In this document: one piece after another, positions 29,901 to 43,263 of the stretch
Position numbering within the stretch: the first letter of the stretch is position 1
How the letters are laid out: the number at the start of each line of letters is the position of its first letter
From: Tubiluchus corallicola
Lineage: Eukaryota > Animalia > Priapulida
NCBI GenBank assembly: GCA_030141605.1
Contig: JAQGDQ010000505.1
Span: forward strand, 1-64,000
Reading direction: 5' to 3'
Length of the DNA stretch: 64,000 nt
Made by a program: the position numbers and the translations under genes
Notes under the pieces: model-generated
What the model saw: only the letters and a program-made list of their open reading frames with translations
Told to the model about the DNA's origin: nothing
The model's database searches: none

Positions 29901-32900
29901 AGAGATGGAGGGTATATAATTTATGTTATACTTATTAAGAATGTAGTGTGTATTGTGATAAAAACTACATTCTTAATAAGTATAACATAAATTATATACC
30001 GATATTACTCAATGTGATAGTAAGTGATAGCCAGAGCTACAACAGATATTTCAGGGAGAATTACTGTCTTTATTGAAAATGTTAGCTTTGTATTTATTTT
30101 TAAATTGATGAGAGGATTTTTTAGTTCATCACCCAATTCATTCCAATGCCTTGGTCCTGCATTGGCAATGAACTGGCGTACGCGTCTGTTCTGCAGAAAT
30201 TAATAACAAACGCATTTCTTCTTGCATCAAGATATCGAACATTCAACCCAAACTGGATTATTAGAAAAAGCGGGAAACAATTACTGTTGATCGTATGCAT
30301 ATATACAGCAGTGTTCAATTCGATAACTAAAATTTTATTGGCTTTAAAGTTAAAGTTAAATTTAAATATTCTCATTTTTTTAAGGTTGATGATAGAGTCC
30401 AGAGCAGCACTGTTTTAGCTAAGCTCCAGACGGTTTATTTCTACTGTCGACATAGCCGATAAGAAACCTAGCTTTAGTCGCGCCAGCCGTTCAGTGATGT
30501 GAATCGAGCTAGACGACATTTTTGCCGACTGCGAAGACTTTCGCTCTTGCAATAATGACGTGACACTGCAAAGCACTGATTTATGGCAAACGCATTGTGG
30601 ATTCGCAGTCAGATTGTGCGCATGCTAGCAGAGATACTAAGCTTCAGAAATTTTTGAACGAGAAAGGTGATCAATTCAAAATTAAATACACAAAATATGC
30701 AACACGTATGGGATCTTTTGGGTGTTGTGATTCGTTGGTAATCAAGATGAGCCTCGCCAAGAGTTGGATTTAAATTATAGTTGCAATAAATCCATTGCTT
30801 TTTTTATAATAATAACAAAATTGATTTACTGCGTGAGTCAGCTGATGTAGTAGCAATTGACATCTAACATATCGTCAATCATTTTCGTTAATTGCCCAAT
30901 CAGCGTGCAAGTTGTTTCACACAGCCCTGCAGCAGGTACGTTCGGGACATTTAGCTACAGTTCCGTTTAACACTGTTATGAAAAATGATCAACTTTTCAT
31001 TAGTTAGCGGGAGAAATATCTTCCTTGTTCTAGATTTTATTATTGTCAAACGAACTTGCAAGTGAATTAGTGGAAATATATAGTCTAGTTCAGTTTATAG
31101 GAAGAAATGCACAACGCTTACGACTATAAGTTGCTGATTAAACCATTTTGCAAGATACCATTGGGACTTATGTGACTCGGGCATTCAATATAAGGGTCGT
31201 CTATGGAATGGAACAGTCAAATTTATTTCATTTCCAAAGCCTGACAAATGGAAAAATACAGAAACTGAATAAATCTTGCAGACGAGCACATGATGAATTA
31301 ATATAGAAAATACATCGCAGGCTTGATGTTCGTATGTTTAAAGGCAAGAGAGACTTAATATTTTTGATGTTCATTTACTGTAAAGCAAGGCTAACGGGCT
31401 TAGTTTTTTTATTATATTTATGGCTCTGTATTTTGTAGTGCTTTAAAACTTCGTCTCTACATTCTGTTTAAATTGAAAAGTCATTTTTTGTCTACTTGAA
31501 GTGTTAACTTCATTTAAAAATAGCTGCTGCTCTGCAAATTTGTGTTGATGAAAAAGTGCAATCAGTTTATCTGCAGATTAGACATTACTTGTGACTGTCA
31601 TGCTGTTTAGTTTAGTTTAGCTGAGACAGTTGTTGTCCCGAATGCTGCTGAGCGTGCTTACGTGCTTATATGTGTGCACCCAAAGAAGGTAATCGTATGT
31701 CAAATATGGCAAAGTTAGGCTGTTATACAGGGTTAATAAATGAGGTTTAGTAAAACAAAAGCAAAAAATATAAGTGAGACTGAGACGACCATGGTCTTAA
31801 CTTTGAAAACTCAGAATCGATAGAACTGTGGTTGAGAAAGAACAGAGTACAGGGCAAGAAAAAGGAGATTAAAAAAATAATGATAGCAAAAATGCTGATC
31901 CACCTTGCAAAATCGACCTTGTGCCACTGTCCATCATTCACTTTCTTTGGGTGAGAAATGTGATCAGCTTCGTACACCGTTGCCAAAGTCACTACTGCTA
32001 CAATTTTACCTTTGTCAGTGATTATCTTTATGCTGTTCTTCTAGAAAAGAGTGAACCGTAGAATTAAGAGCAACTAACTACTTGCAAAACTGGATTAAAA
32101 TGATTAATTCATGAATTAGCTTAATCATAAAATAAAAAAGCTGCTTGTACATAAAGGAACAATGTTTTAACTGTCGCTTGTAGCAAGCAAATAACTAACT
32201 TTACCATTACATTAACATTATGGTTAATTACAGTGATTAACATAGCTAAAAAACATAACATTGATAATAATTTAGTTTTACGTGTGTGAATCATTTTTAT
32301 TTTTCCAACTATTAATAGTTTAGAGACTAGTACTATTCTCATTACTTATGGTTGCAGACAAAGTGTAGAGCGAAAGTGCTTGCTTGTTGCCAAACTAAAT
32401 ATAGTGTATAGACACACTGACACTATTGTCTCTTGAATGAAGTGTATTTCAGCAGGAATGCTAATTAAAAAAGAAATAAAACAAATCCACAGCGGCTGAA
32501 TCTCAATTTATCCATACCAAATCAGTTGAGCTGGCGTACATGATCACGGCTCGGTCTTCCTGAAGAAACTTAATTCTAGCAGAAAAAGTATGAATTAAAC
32601 TCGACTCAATTGCAGAAGCGCCAACAGAAACTGGCAATGATCTTCCTGATCCCCCAACAAAGGCAGGAGTAAGCTAAAAAATGATGTACAAAAGTATAAA
32701 AATTAATGTTACTGAGATTCCAGATGAAAGCATGCAACAAGTATTGAAGACTGCAACAAAAAAGCTGTTATTAACACATTGTAGTCTGCGCAAAACTAAT
32801 AAAGACAAAGTTTGCAGATAGGGGCGTAGCCAGGTTCTAAAGTTAGGGGGAGGAAGCACATAAAAAAGGTGCCGTGACACTGACCAAACAATTTTTAATG

Positions 32901-35900
32901 CTTTGATTATACATTTCAAATTTGCATTTAAAATCAAAGTGCAAGGAAGATGCAGTTTTAAAGGAAGCACAAACTTGTTATTTTTTTGTAAAAATAAGAC
33001 ATTATGAAAAGTTTTACAGTAACCTCATAAATCTCAAAACATAATAAAAACATGCGTGTTATTTCAATTTTAAACGCAAAATGCAAACAAAATGAACGAA
33101 TTTTGGCGCCGTCGAAAAGATGACAATTTTAAAAAATGTGCTTGGGGGAACGGTTGCTCCCTTTCCTTCCCTATTAGCTATGCACTGTTTGTAGACACAT
33201 ACAGTACATTGTACATTATTAGATTGGCAGGCAAATTACTATTTCTTTTAGTATATTTTCACAAATGCAGCAGATGCAGAAATTGTGTAATTTCACTTTT
33301 GGCAGCAATACATTGTGTGAAGCTTACTTTTAACTTTTCTAGTTTGGCATAGGCGGCCTTTACAGCTGCCCGAAGATTCAGTAACCTCGCATCTAGTTTT
33401 TCCTTTGCAGCAGCAACATTCGATGCTTTCTGATCAACTCTTGACAGCAAGTTTGACACCTTACGTGAATTCTCTGACAATCGACTGGCTGAAATATTGA
33501 ATAAAACAGCTAGACCTGAAGAACTAATTGCTTTGTACACATAATAACAGTACAAGATAACATATTAATAATAATAATAATAATAACATATTAATAATAA
33601 CACTTGATAATAACAATAAGAAGTAATAAAGCCATTGTTATTACAATGAGGTTAACGACGATAATGACAATCAATGCTGGTAATGGAGACACTAATTATG
33701 GACAATGGTAATGAAATGATGAGACAATGAGGATGACTATGACAAGGACAACAAAGAATGATGATGGCAATAACGAAGATAAACAAATGATGATAAGATG
33801 ACCTTTCCAAAATCTAGAAACAGATAGCTACTGTAACAGCAAGCAAGAATGCAGCCGCCTATGCAAAAATTTAGCACCAAACTGTTACTGTTTATTGTTG
33901 TACAAAAGGACAAAAATACCTTTGATCTTTATCCTTTTGATGAGATTGGCTCGATGTATAGCCTCTTGCTCCACAATCAACGCTGTCCTATTGCAGGCAG
34001 CTCTTTCGTTGGAAACCTTGTAATAGACAACTTCTATTTGTTAGGATTACACAATGACCATGAACCGAATAAACCTTATTATTTTAAATTAAACAAACAA
34101 ACTACAATTATGTCCAATCTGTACATGATGTGGATCTAAGTCTACAATACTAACTCCTCGTAATAGACAAATTTTCACTTTCCTGAGATTTGAATGATTA
34201 AAATCGATGTAAACATTACGCTAGTAAGATAATATTTGAATTCCTGAACCATAGCATTTTTATTCTTGTCAGTTAGCTTACCCTTTCCTCCAGGTAAGCT
34301 GCTTCTTTAACTTGAGTGATTCCTCTAGCTTCAATGGCTTTCAGGGAGTTGTACGTATCGAACAACTGTTTTGAAATTTCAGAAGCACTGTGAATATAGT
34401 TTCTGACAATTGTAAAATTTTGTCCTATCGTTTCAATCAAAATTGGCAGCACGTGTTTTCCCTTCATATCAGTCATAACAATACTTGTATCTAAAAACAG
34501 TAAAACTATTTTAAGTTTGAGATAGATAGTGAGTAAAAGAATGAGTGAAATTTGGTTTGCAATTGCAAAAAAATAGCATATCTTTCTAATTGTGATATCC
34601 ACTAAACCACACCATACGCAAATAGATAGCTCACCTTTTACAAAATCGATAATCTTTCTCGAGGTGGCAAAAGCTCTTTTTTCAAGAGCTATGCTGGAAT
34701 TGTTTGCGGTCATAATCAGTAAGTTCATTTGTCCTGCAAAAATTGAGAACAACTAAAATTCTTGGTAGGATACAGGTAAACAATAATCAGAGACGTGTAC
34801 ACAGATATGACTAGCAGTAAAAAAACAACTATATATTCTGAAATCTTTGCCTGCTCAGTCAAAAGCAAAATCAAAATTTAATCTTAAATTGTCCAACGTC
34901 CACTGCCAAAGAAACTCTTTATATGAAATCATGTTGTGCACCCCAGTCAGATAAGAGGAATTTTGCAGAACGAAAAAACAACAAGTGGCTTACTTGCCCT
35001 GTCTATCAGATTTCCACATAAGTCCTTCAGCCATTTGCCTTCTCGCAACAAATAATTTAGAATTCTTGCAATGTACATAGCTATTAAGGATTCACTATGC
35101 CCAACGTCTTCATTGATAACTTTATACATTTCATGCACAATGTCGTCAGTCCAATCGTCTTCAAAAATATCATCAAAATCGTCACCAGAACCAAAATCGA
35201 TGAAATCATCGTCATCATCCGTGAATTTCTCAGCGACATCACCACATTCGCAATGTTTGCTATTATCGACAGTTTCAACTGTCAACTGTAAAGCACCTGT
35301 TGGCTTGGCTTTGCTATTACACTTGCAAGGCTTTGCTGTCTCCCCCGGAGGAAACACATAATCAAATTTCTTGTCAACTGGTTGCCGAATTATCTGAAAT
35401 GATGGAGAAACTGGTTCAGTAATGGCTACTGAAGTAGCAGTGGCCTCCATAGATTCAATGTTGAACTCAGGTTCCTCATCAGCATCTGATTCAAAATAAA
35501 AATCTTCCGTGTTTTCCTTTTCAGGTAATTCCGGAGGAGGACCTGGAATAATGGGTGGCATAATAGTTGCTTCAGCTGCAAAAGAACTTTCAAATGTTTT
35601 GTCACCTCCAACAGAAGTTACACTGATGTCTTCAAAAGAAGTCACATCTGGTACAGTGTGATATTTAGCGGTAGATGACATTGTGCTAGTAACAAGATAG
35701 GACTCGGTAGCAACTTTTACCACATGCTTGCTACCGGATGGGTCGGTATGACTTAGGTCTGGAAGAACTGCACTAATAAGTGTGTTGTCAGTGTCGTAGA
35801 AATTACTTTCTGAAAAATCCATCAAAACGGTTTCAGTGGATGAATCCGCATAAGACAATTCAGTTGTTTTCAATTCTGTTGTAGACTCTGTAGTAGCATT

Positions 35901-38900
35901 ATCCTCTGAAAAGTTGTAATATTATTTACGTTTTATTTAGAAAGTTAAAACAGCTTGAGAAACGTTAAAGCTGCATAGTACCTAAAATCACAGCAGCAGC
36001 CACACTTTCTGATTGCTCATCAATACTCAAGCTTGTTAATTTTAATGATTACCTCCTTAGCTAAACACAGTCATGCATCTTGAGCAACCAAATAATTTAA
36101 ATTATCGTAACTTAGCTGCACCCTATATATATTTTATTACTAACAAGTTAATATCTGCAAGCATACATACATAAAATGATATGTCAAGATTACATTATAA
36201 TATTTATATATATATATATATATATATATTTACAAGTACATAATAAATTTTACAATAAATGTGTTGCACACATCGCATATGACGACTTTATATATGCACC
36301 TATTACAGAATGACCTGAAGACAAGCAAATGTACAGAAAATGCATGTTTCATTAATGAAATTAATACCACTTTACCTCCTCCCCATAACCAGTCCCATAC
36401 TGGAAATGCACCACGCTTTATTCTTGGTGAATGATCTAGAACTGCTGCTTTTGCGCAAAACTGCAAAAAGTAAGCATAATGAACAAATGCTTATCTATAC
36501 AAAACATTTCTGAGCTCACTTGTGAAAAAAGCTGTAACTGTGTCTAGTAAATAGTTGTCATCATATTTTTATATCAAAAATTAAATTAACATTTTTTTGT
36601 GAAAGATATAATTTAGCATCATTTTGCTAACTATGATAAATGTCCTACCTGTTCAATGTAGTCGCGCACTCGTTTCACAGATAGAAATGCACGATGCATT
36701 GCATTGTACACATCCACCATTACCCACCTCCTTTCTATGATTCGTGTCATCACATCAGTAGTACTTTCACATGTTAGTGAACTGTAAATAAATCAAGCTG
36801 TTTTCTGTTCTACAGCCTATATTTAAATAATAGTGCACATCACATTCATTTTTCTTAATAAGGCCATGTCACAGTTGAATACTGAAAGTTGAAAGAAAAC
36901 GGAGACAATAGTAATAAGCAACGTCAATAGAAATGATTAGACTGTTAAATGATCTTCAAAATTTTAGACAAATTGAACATATGTCACAAACCTTTGTAAG
37001 TTCTTAAGGCTTTCTCGTTGCTGACTAAGTGATCGTATAAACCCAATAATTTCAGTTTTAGCAGTAGCCAGAGATGCAGTTTTTTGCAACGCATGCATAT
37101 TCTTTATCTCCTCATGCAACACTTTCTTAAATAGTTTCATTTCAGTAAATGCTACAGCAAGATCCTGTGCAATAAAACAAAAAAAACAGCTGACGATGAT
37201 ACAACTAACATATTAAACAGAAGTAAGATTCATAGCTGACGATGATACAACTAACATATCAAACAGAAGTAAGTTTCATAGCCGACGATGATACAACTAA
37301 AATATCAAACAGAAGTAAGATTCATAGCTGACGATGCTACAACTAACATATTAAACAGAAGTAAGATTCATAGCTGACGATGATACAACTAACATATTAA
37401 ACAGAAGTAAGATTGATAGCTGACGATGATACAACTAAAATATCAAACAGAAATAAGATTCATAGCTGACGATGATAAAACTAACATATCAAACAGAAAT
37501 AAGATTCATAGCTGACGATGATACAACTAACATATCAAACAGAAGAAAGTTTCATAGCTGACGATGATATAACTAACATATCAAACAGAAGTAAGTTTCA
37601 TAGCCGACGATGCTACAACTAACATATTAAACAGAAGTAAGATTCATAGCTGACGATGATACAACTAACATATTAAACAGAAGTAAGATTCATAGCTGAC
37701 GATGATACAACTAAAATATCAAACAGAAATAAGATTCATAGCTGACGATGATACAACTAACATATCAAACAGAAATAAGATTCATAGCTGACGATGATAC
37801 AACTAACATATTAAACAGAAGTAAGATTCCTAGCCGACGATGATACAACTAAAATATCAAACAGAAGTAAGTTTCATAGCCGACGATGATACAACTAAAA
37901 TATCAAACAGAAGTAAGATTCATAGCTGACGATGCTACAACTAACATATTAAACAGAAGTAAGATTCATAGCTGACGATGATACAACTAACATATTAAAC
38001 AGAAGTAAGATTGATAGCTGACGATGATACAACTAAAATATCAAACAGAAATAAGATTACATAGCTGACGATGATACAACTAACATATCAAACAGAAGAA
38101 AGTTTCATAGCTGACGATGATATAACTAACATATCAAACAGAAGAAAGTTTCATAGCTGACAATGATATAACTAATATATCAAACAGAAGTAAGATTCAT
38201 AGCTGGCGATGATACAACTAAAATATCAAACAGAAGTAAGATTCATAGCTGACGATGATATCAACTAACATATCAAACAGAAGTAAGATTCATAGCTAAC
38301 GATGGTACAACTAATATATCAAACAGAAGTAAGTTTCATAGCTGGCGATGATAGTACTTCATGTCACCAACATATAAAACCAGTTATTTAAAATGCACTA
38401 CTAGCTAACCAATGAAATGACAGTATATAACAGGTACTGGTTCCTATCACCAAGTACATAGCAAAAAACTAAACAGTTTTAAAATAATTACAAAATACTG
38501 CAAAAAAGGAAAAGTATCATTAAAGGTAGACCACCAAGTAAAAATAAGAAAGACTAAAAATTGTCCTTACCTTGAGTCTGCTTTTTGCGTCATCCAAAAA
38601 CGATTTTGCTCTAAAATACATTTTCTCGTACCCTCTGATAGTGCCCAAAATCTTCAAATTGTCCTGATATTTAACAAAAATTTCAAACAAAATTTGGAAA
38701 ACAGTATATTTTAATTCACTCATAAAGCAAGCTGAAATGACCACACAGAGTAATGTGCGTGAAAAACAAAAAATGCAAAATATAAGAGAAAGAAAACAAA
38801 GGAACTAACAAAGGAAACTTTAAGCCAGTAAAAAATGCATTCAGCAGCCGACATATGTAGCTGTATGTATCCAGCTTATCAAAAAATAAGTACTGGTAAT

Positions 38901-41900
38901 ACCATAGCATATAAAAGCCTAATGATACAAAAAATAATTCAGTCCATGTAATAGCTAGTATATGCATAGAAATGTCTATGTACCTATAATAAAAATAAAT
39001 GCAACAAATCAAATAAACATAAGCTAGGAAAATCAAAATATTTTCAACATCAAAATATTCAAAAAACACTTTACGCAGTCTTTAACAATGACTTCAAATA
39101 TTTAGCTTGCTAAGTATGACAGAGTGCTGCTCTGCCAGTGAAAACTCACAACTGCCTTGTTGTAACAGTGAATTTTACTCATCAATTCACGTGTGATTTC
39201 AGTTTTTTCTGTAGTGATGGCTTTTTTGCTACAGGTGAGATTAAGACTATTCGTTTGAAATTTGTATGGTATTAATCTGGCAGCAAGTGGAAATTTTCTG
39301 TTTATTGTATTCGGATTCGCTTGCCATTGCCTGCAATTAGGTCAGCTTGATACTGCCATGGCCATTTTAGCTTTGTTTTAAATTAAATCCTTTGCAACAC
39401 ATACTTCACACAGCAGTCTCGGAAACTACAGGCATACTTGCACGTCTACATATTTTGGCAAATTGGTTGAACGTCTGATCGAGAAACAACTGACAAAGTT
39501 CTTTCAAGAATGTCACCTAACTGACACAGCACAAGAAGGCTTCATCCCAGGATGGAACTCAGTCAGATATTTATTACGATTAATAACGACTTTCAAAAAC
39601 CACTGAACTTAAGGAGTGAAATATTTGCAATATGCTGTACTTTTGAAAGAGCTTTTGATAGCAAATGGTATGAAGTGCAACTCTACAAGCTGCTGGACAT
39701 GAATGTTAAGGAAACCTACTTGATGTAATCAGAGATTTTTTGAGCAATGCAAAAATGAATTTTAAAATTAGTAATCATATATCAACAACTTATGAATGCA
39801 GTATAGTATCTCCAAGAATCTGTTCTTCCTCCATTACTATTTAGTAAGTTTGAAAACGTAAACGTCAAACTGATTAGTGATAACATAAATACGATGATGA
39901 TGGCACTATATATATATTAATATATTCGCACATTTTAATTATTATAACAGTGCAATTTATAAATACTTGCTACTAACAATTTACAAGAATATATATTCAC
40001 TTAGTTGTATAGCCATAGGAGAAGAAACAAATAATAGCAATAATAGGTGTTACAACATTGCTCAAGAGTTTAGTAATAGTTGCTGTTGTAGGTGGAGGAC
40101 AAATATAAATTCTGCTGCAAATAAGAAAGATGTACTTCCTGTAGGATGGAAAGAGAATGACTGGCAAAATATTGGCACAGACTCAAAATGGATGATAAAG
40201 AAATAATTTACGTGAACGATCAACTTGTTAGAGTAAGAACTGACTAAGCATGCACGTATTATTATGCTTTTGATTAGTTATTCAGAAATGATGTTATCAA
40301 GCCTAACTAATAGATGTTGTATTGAGTCGTGTATTTTCATTAACAACTTCAAGTTAAATTGTGCCTGCAAACAGAGGTAAATGAAGAATTAAATAATAAT
40401 AATAATAATAATAACACATTATTATTCGTGTACATGAATTGTGAAAAAGGCTTTTGTCAATATATGTAGCAACATAAACCAAATGCGTTTAGTGGCACAA
40501 ACACTTTATTATTGACTGTCTTTTCTGTACACTACGTTGTGACTACTAGATTAAAACTGTAAAAGCTCAAATCAGTTGAAACTTATTAACCTTGGGTAAT
40601 GCATATCAGAAACCAGTCAGGTGAGAAAATGATTCACTGTAGTCTAACTTGCTGTAAAGTTGTAAAGTTGCTGAAATTTATAAAGTTCATAAATCAAACA
40701 CGTGAATCAGTTCATGACATGAATACATAAACATGTCCCTAAGAAGAAAGCCCAATATCTGCTTACCATCAATTGCACCTGTACATTCTCGGCTCTGAAA
40801 ACAGACCTCCTAGTTTCTTGGACCTCACCCCAGGCTTTCATTGAATACAGTTGAAGATGAGCAAGGGCTTCATTCACGCGAAGAAGTTTCACGTTTGTCA
40901 CGTTCACTTTTGTATCCATCGGCTTACAACAACTGAAAACAAACAATCCATGAAAGAGGCAGCTTCTTGTGACATTAAAAAAAGTCGCATCCTCTTTGGG
41001 ATGCATTGCAACTTCAACAAACAGATGAACATAATAAAAAGCTATAATTCTTATTAGAAAGCACTTTCCATTTCTCAGTATTTTGAATTCACTGATATTG
41101 TACCATTGAAACATCGTAAAGTCTACTGTTGATAATATGGTTTAATTTTATTTCTGGTTTTCTTTATTTTTTGAATTTGCACATAAAACAAAATTAACTT
41201 TTAACATAGCACTTTTGAAAGATGCAATAGTTTTTATGAACTAACATTAAGAAATTGCACATGGTGAGAAGTGGTGTGTTAATTTTTTGCATATCTAGAA
41301 ACAGCCCAATTTTTAATTTTTTAACATGAAAAGTGTAGATATCAAGCATAATTATGTATTATTGTGTATAATTAATAAGTACATAATTATGTGTTTATGC
41401 ATAGAAGAGAACTTCTACAGTTTAGCATAAATAATTTTAATCCTCATAAATCTGCATTTGCATAAATAGTAGTTACACAATACCAGTTTTCTTATTAAGT
41501 TTTCTGACAACAAACTTGCAGACAAACACTCTTATCAGGCTAACTTGAATGTTCTCTATAAACAAAATGTGATCACTTATCAGCTTTCATCTTTCTATTA
41601 AGAAAAGATTCGTCTGTACGACAGTTTAATGATAATGTTAAACAAATAACGGCCATACAAATGATGACTACATCATTAACAACATTCATTCCAGTTCAAA
41701 TGTTGAACTATTTTAAAGCACAAAAGATTCTCAACTTATAGTTTAGCACTGTATTTAAGCATTGCAACTACTTCGTAAAGTTGGTTGCTTGTCCGCGTTT
41801 TTCATTTCTGATAAGTTTGGTTTTAAAAGTTTTATAATATTAGGCAAGTAACATTGTGTGTTTATTAACATTTGACAGATAGAAACTTTAGAAATGAAAG

Positions 41901-43181
41901 TGACATCAAAGATTACAATAGTTAAATTTACTAGCAAATTTCAGTTATTGTGGTTTGCTTCACATACATTCTTGTAGAACTTAAAGTCAAGCTCAGCTTC
42001 AAGTTTATTTCGATTAAGAGTCATTACAAAAAAGGCAAATTTATTGATAGAACAGATAAATGAGTTTTTGTAAGGAATGTTCGTGAGCATGCGCGCCAGT
42101 GTCGCGCGCATTGTTTCTAGCCGACTAATCAACGAATCACATCCGTCATCTTCTTGAAAATCACCCATTTGCTTCCGGTGAAACCCCACCCTCTCTCCAC
42201 CCACTACTAAAGTAGGAATGTAATTTTTGTGTGAACATTAGGTTTAGGTACTTTTAACATTGCAGTGTTTTTTTGGAGTGGATTTTTTATATATAATTGT
42301 TCAAACTACTTTACTAGGCATTTGGTATGATTTTGTAATGTATTGAAATATTGCAAACAATGCTTTATTGCGCTAACATCATAGATGCAAGCAATACTGT
42401 GATTAGTATAGTCACGTATTGAGTGGGGCGGTATTTATATGTCTCCCACCTTTTTTTGTCTTGCCACCTCGAATGTATTGTCATTTTAGCAAATGACCTC
42501 ATTTTCTCAACGAAATTTCATTCTTGGTGCTTTTGCAAAAAACTAACCAAGTTCAACCAATTTTACCTTTAGGTCGGTTTTATGAACATTAGTTATCAAA
42601 AACGTGCTTTTAGACATATAATTATATAGTGTTTCTCTAGTCTCTACTCTCGTTACACCCGCGCAAAGTTATCGACTAGTTTGATGGACTAGTTCCGGAG
42701 GTTTATAATGTTTATTCCTCGCCCATCGTGAAGCCATGTCTGGCATCTTGAGGATCAGCTGGCAGAAGACAGATACAACATCTGTGCTGTCTGGAGATGA
42801 ACGAAACTTCGGATTCTTACTACCGGTTTTTGTGCGCGGCTGACGTATGCAATCGATATCTAGTAATTATTTCATGTTGCGAATAAAAATTAGAATATAA
42901 AGTGAGTAGAATGAAATTTATTGAAAATAAACTATTTATAATAAGAAATCAAGTAAGATAAGATGAGGCGACAAATTAAAATTTCATTGATTCATTCCCT
43001 TTTCCACTTGAAGAGTCAGCTATGCTGTTTTTGTTTTCTAATATCTTGTTCAAAATTGTTTTATCAAAGACCTTGTTTTGTTTTCCAATGTTCCAAATAA
43101 CGCTTAAAATCCTTGGAACATGAATAAATTCAAATGGTGGTCGTCCCCTATCTCTTTCTCTCTCTCTTTTTCTCTATCTAC

Positions 43182-43263
<82 letters not shown>

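Larger units (their letters stand above)
20740..32673 (-). other. Laminin exons 26-36: three laminin G domains, then stop
   Basis: LG1 32673-29335, LG2 28758-24634, LG3 24213-20740; ends ...SRCSLEAPTQSCDMN*. Confidence 0.85.

Noticed and set aside
32343-32460. Candidate extra laminin exon after an acceptor-like TTTTTTAATTAG
   Set aside because: Stop codon in the required phase; exons 26 and 27 join correctly without it.
34947-35873. 308-aa ORF as an independent nested gene
   Set aside because: No ATG start; bounded by splice sites whose phases match the flanking laminin exons.
37188-38353. CRISPR-like array (also 63133-63552)
   Set aside because: Units are adjacent with no unique spacers, there are no cas genes, and the context is eukaryotic.
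42060-42260. GC-richer patch with a small hairpin and Sm-site-like AATTTTTG as an snRNA/SL RNA
   Set aside because: No recognisable snRNA, tRNA or SL sequence; the motif is expected by chance in AT-rich DNA.
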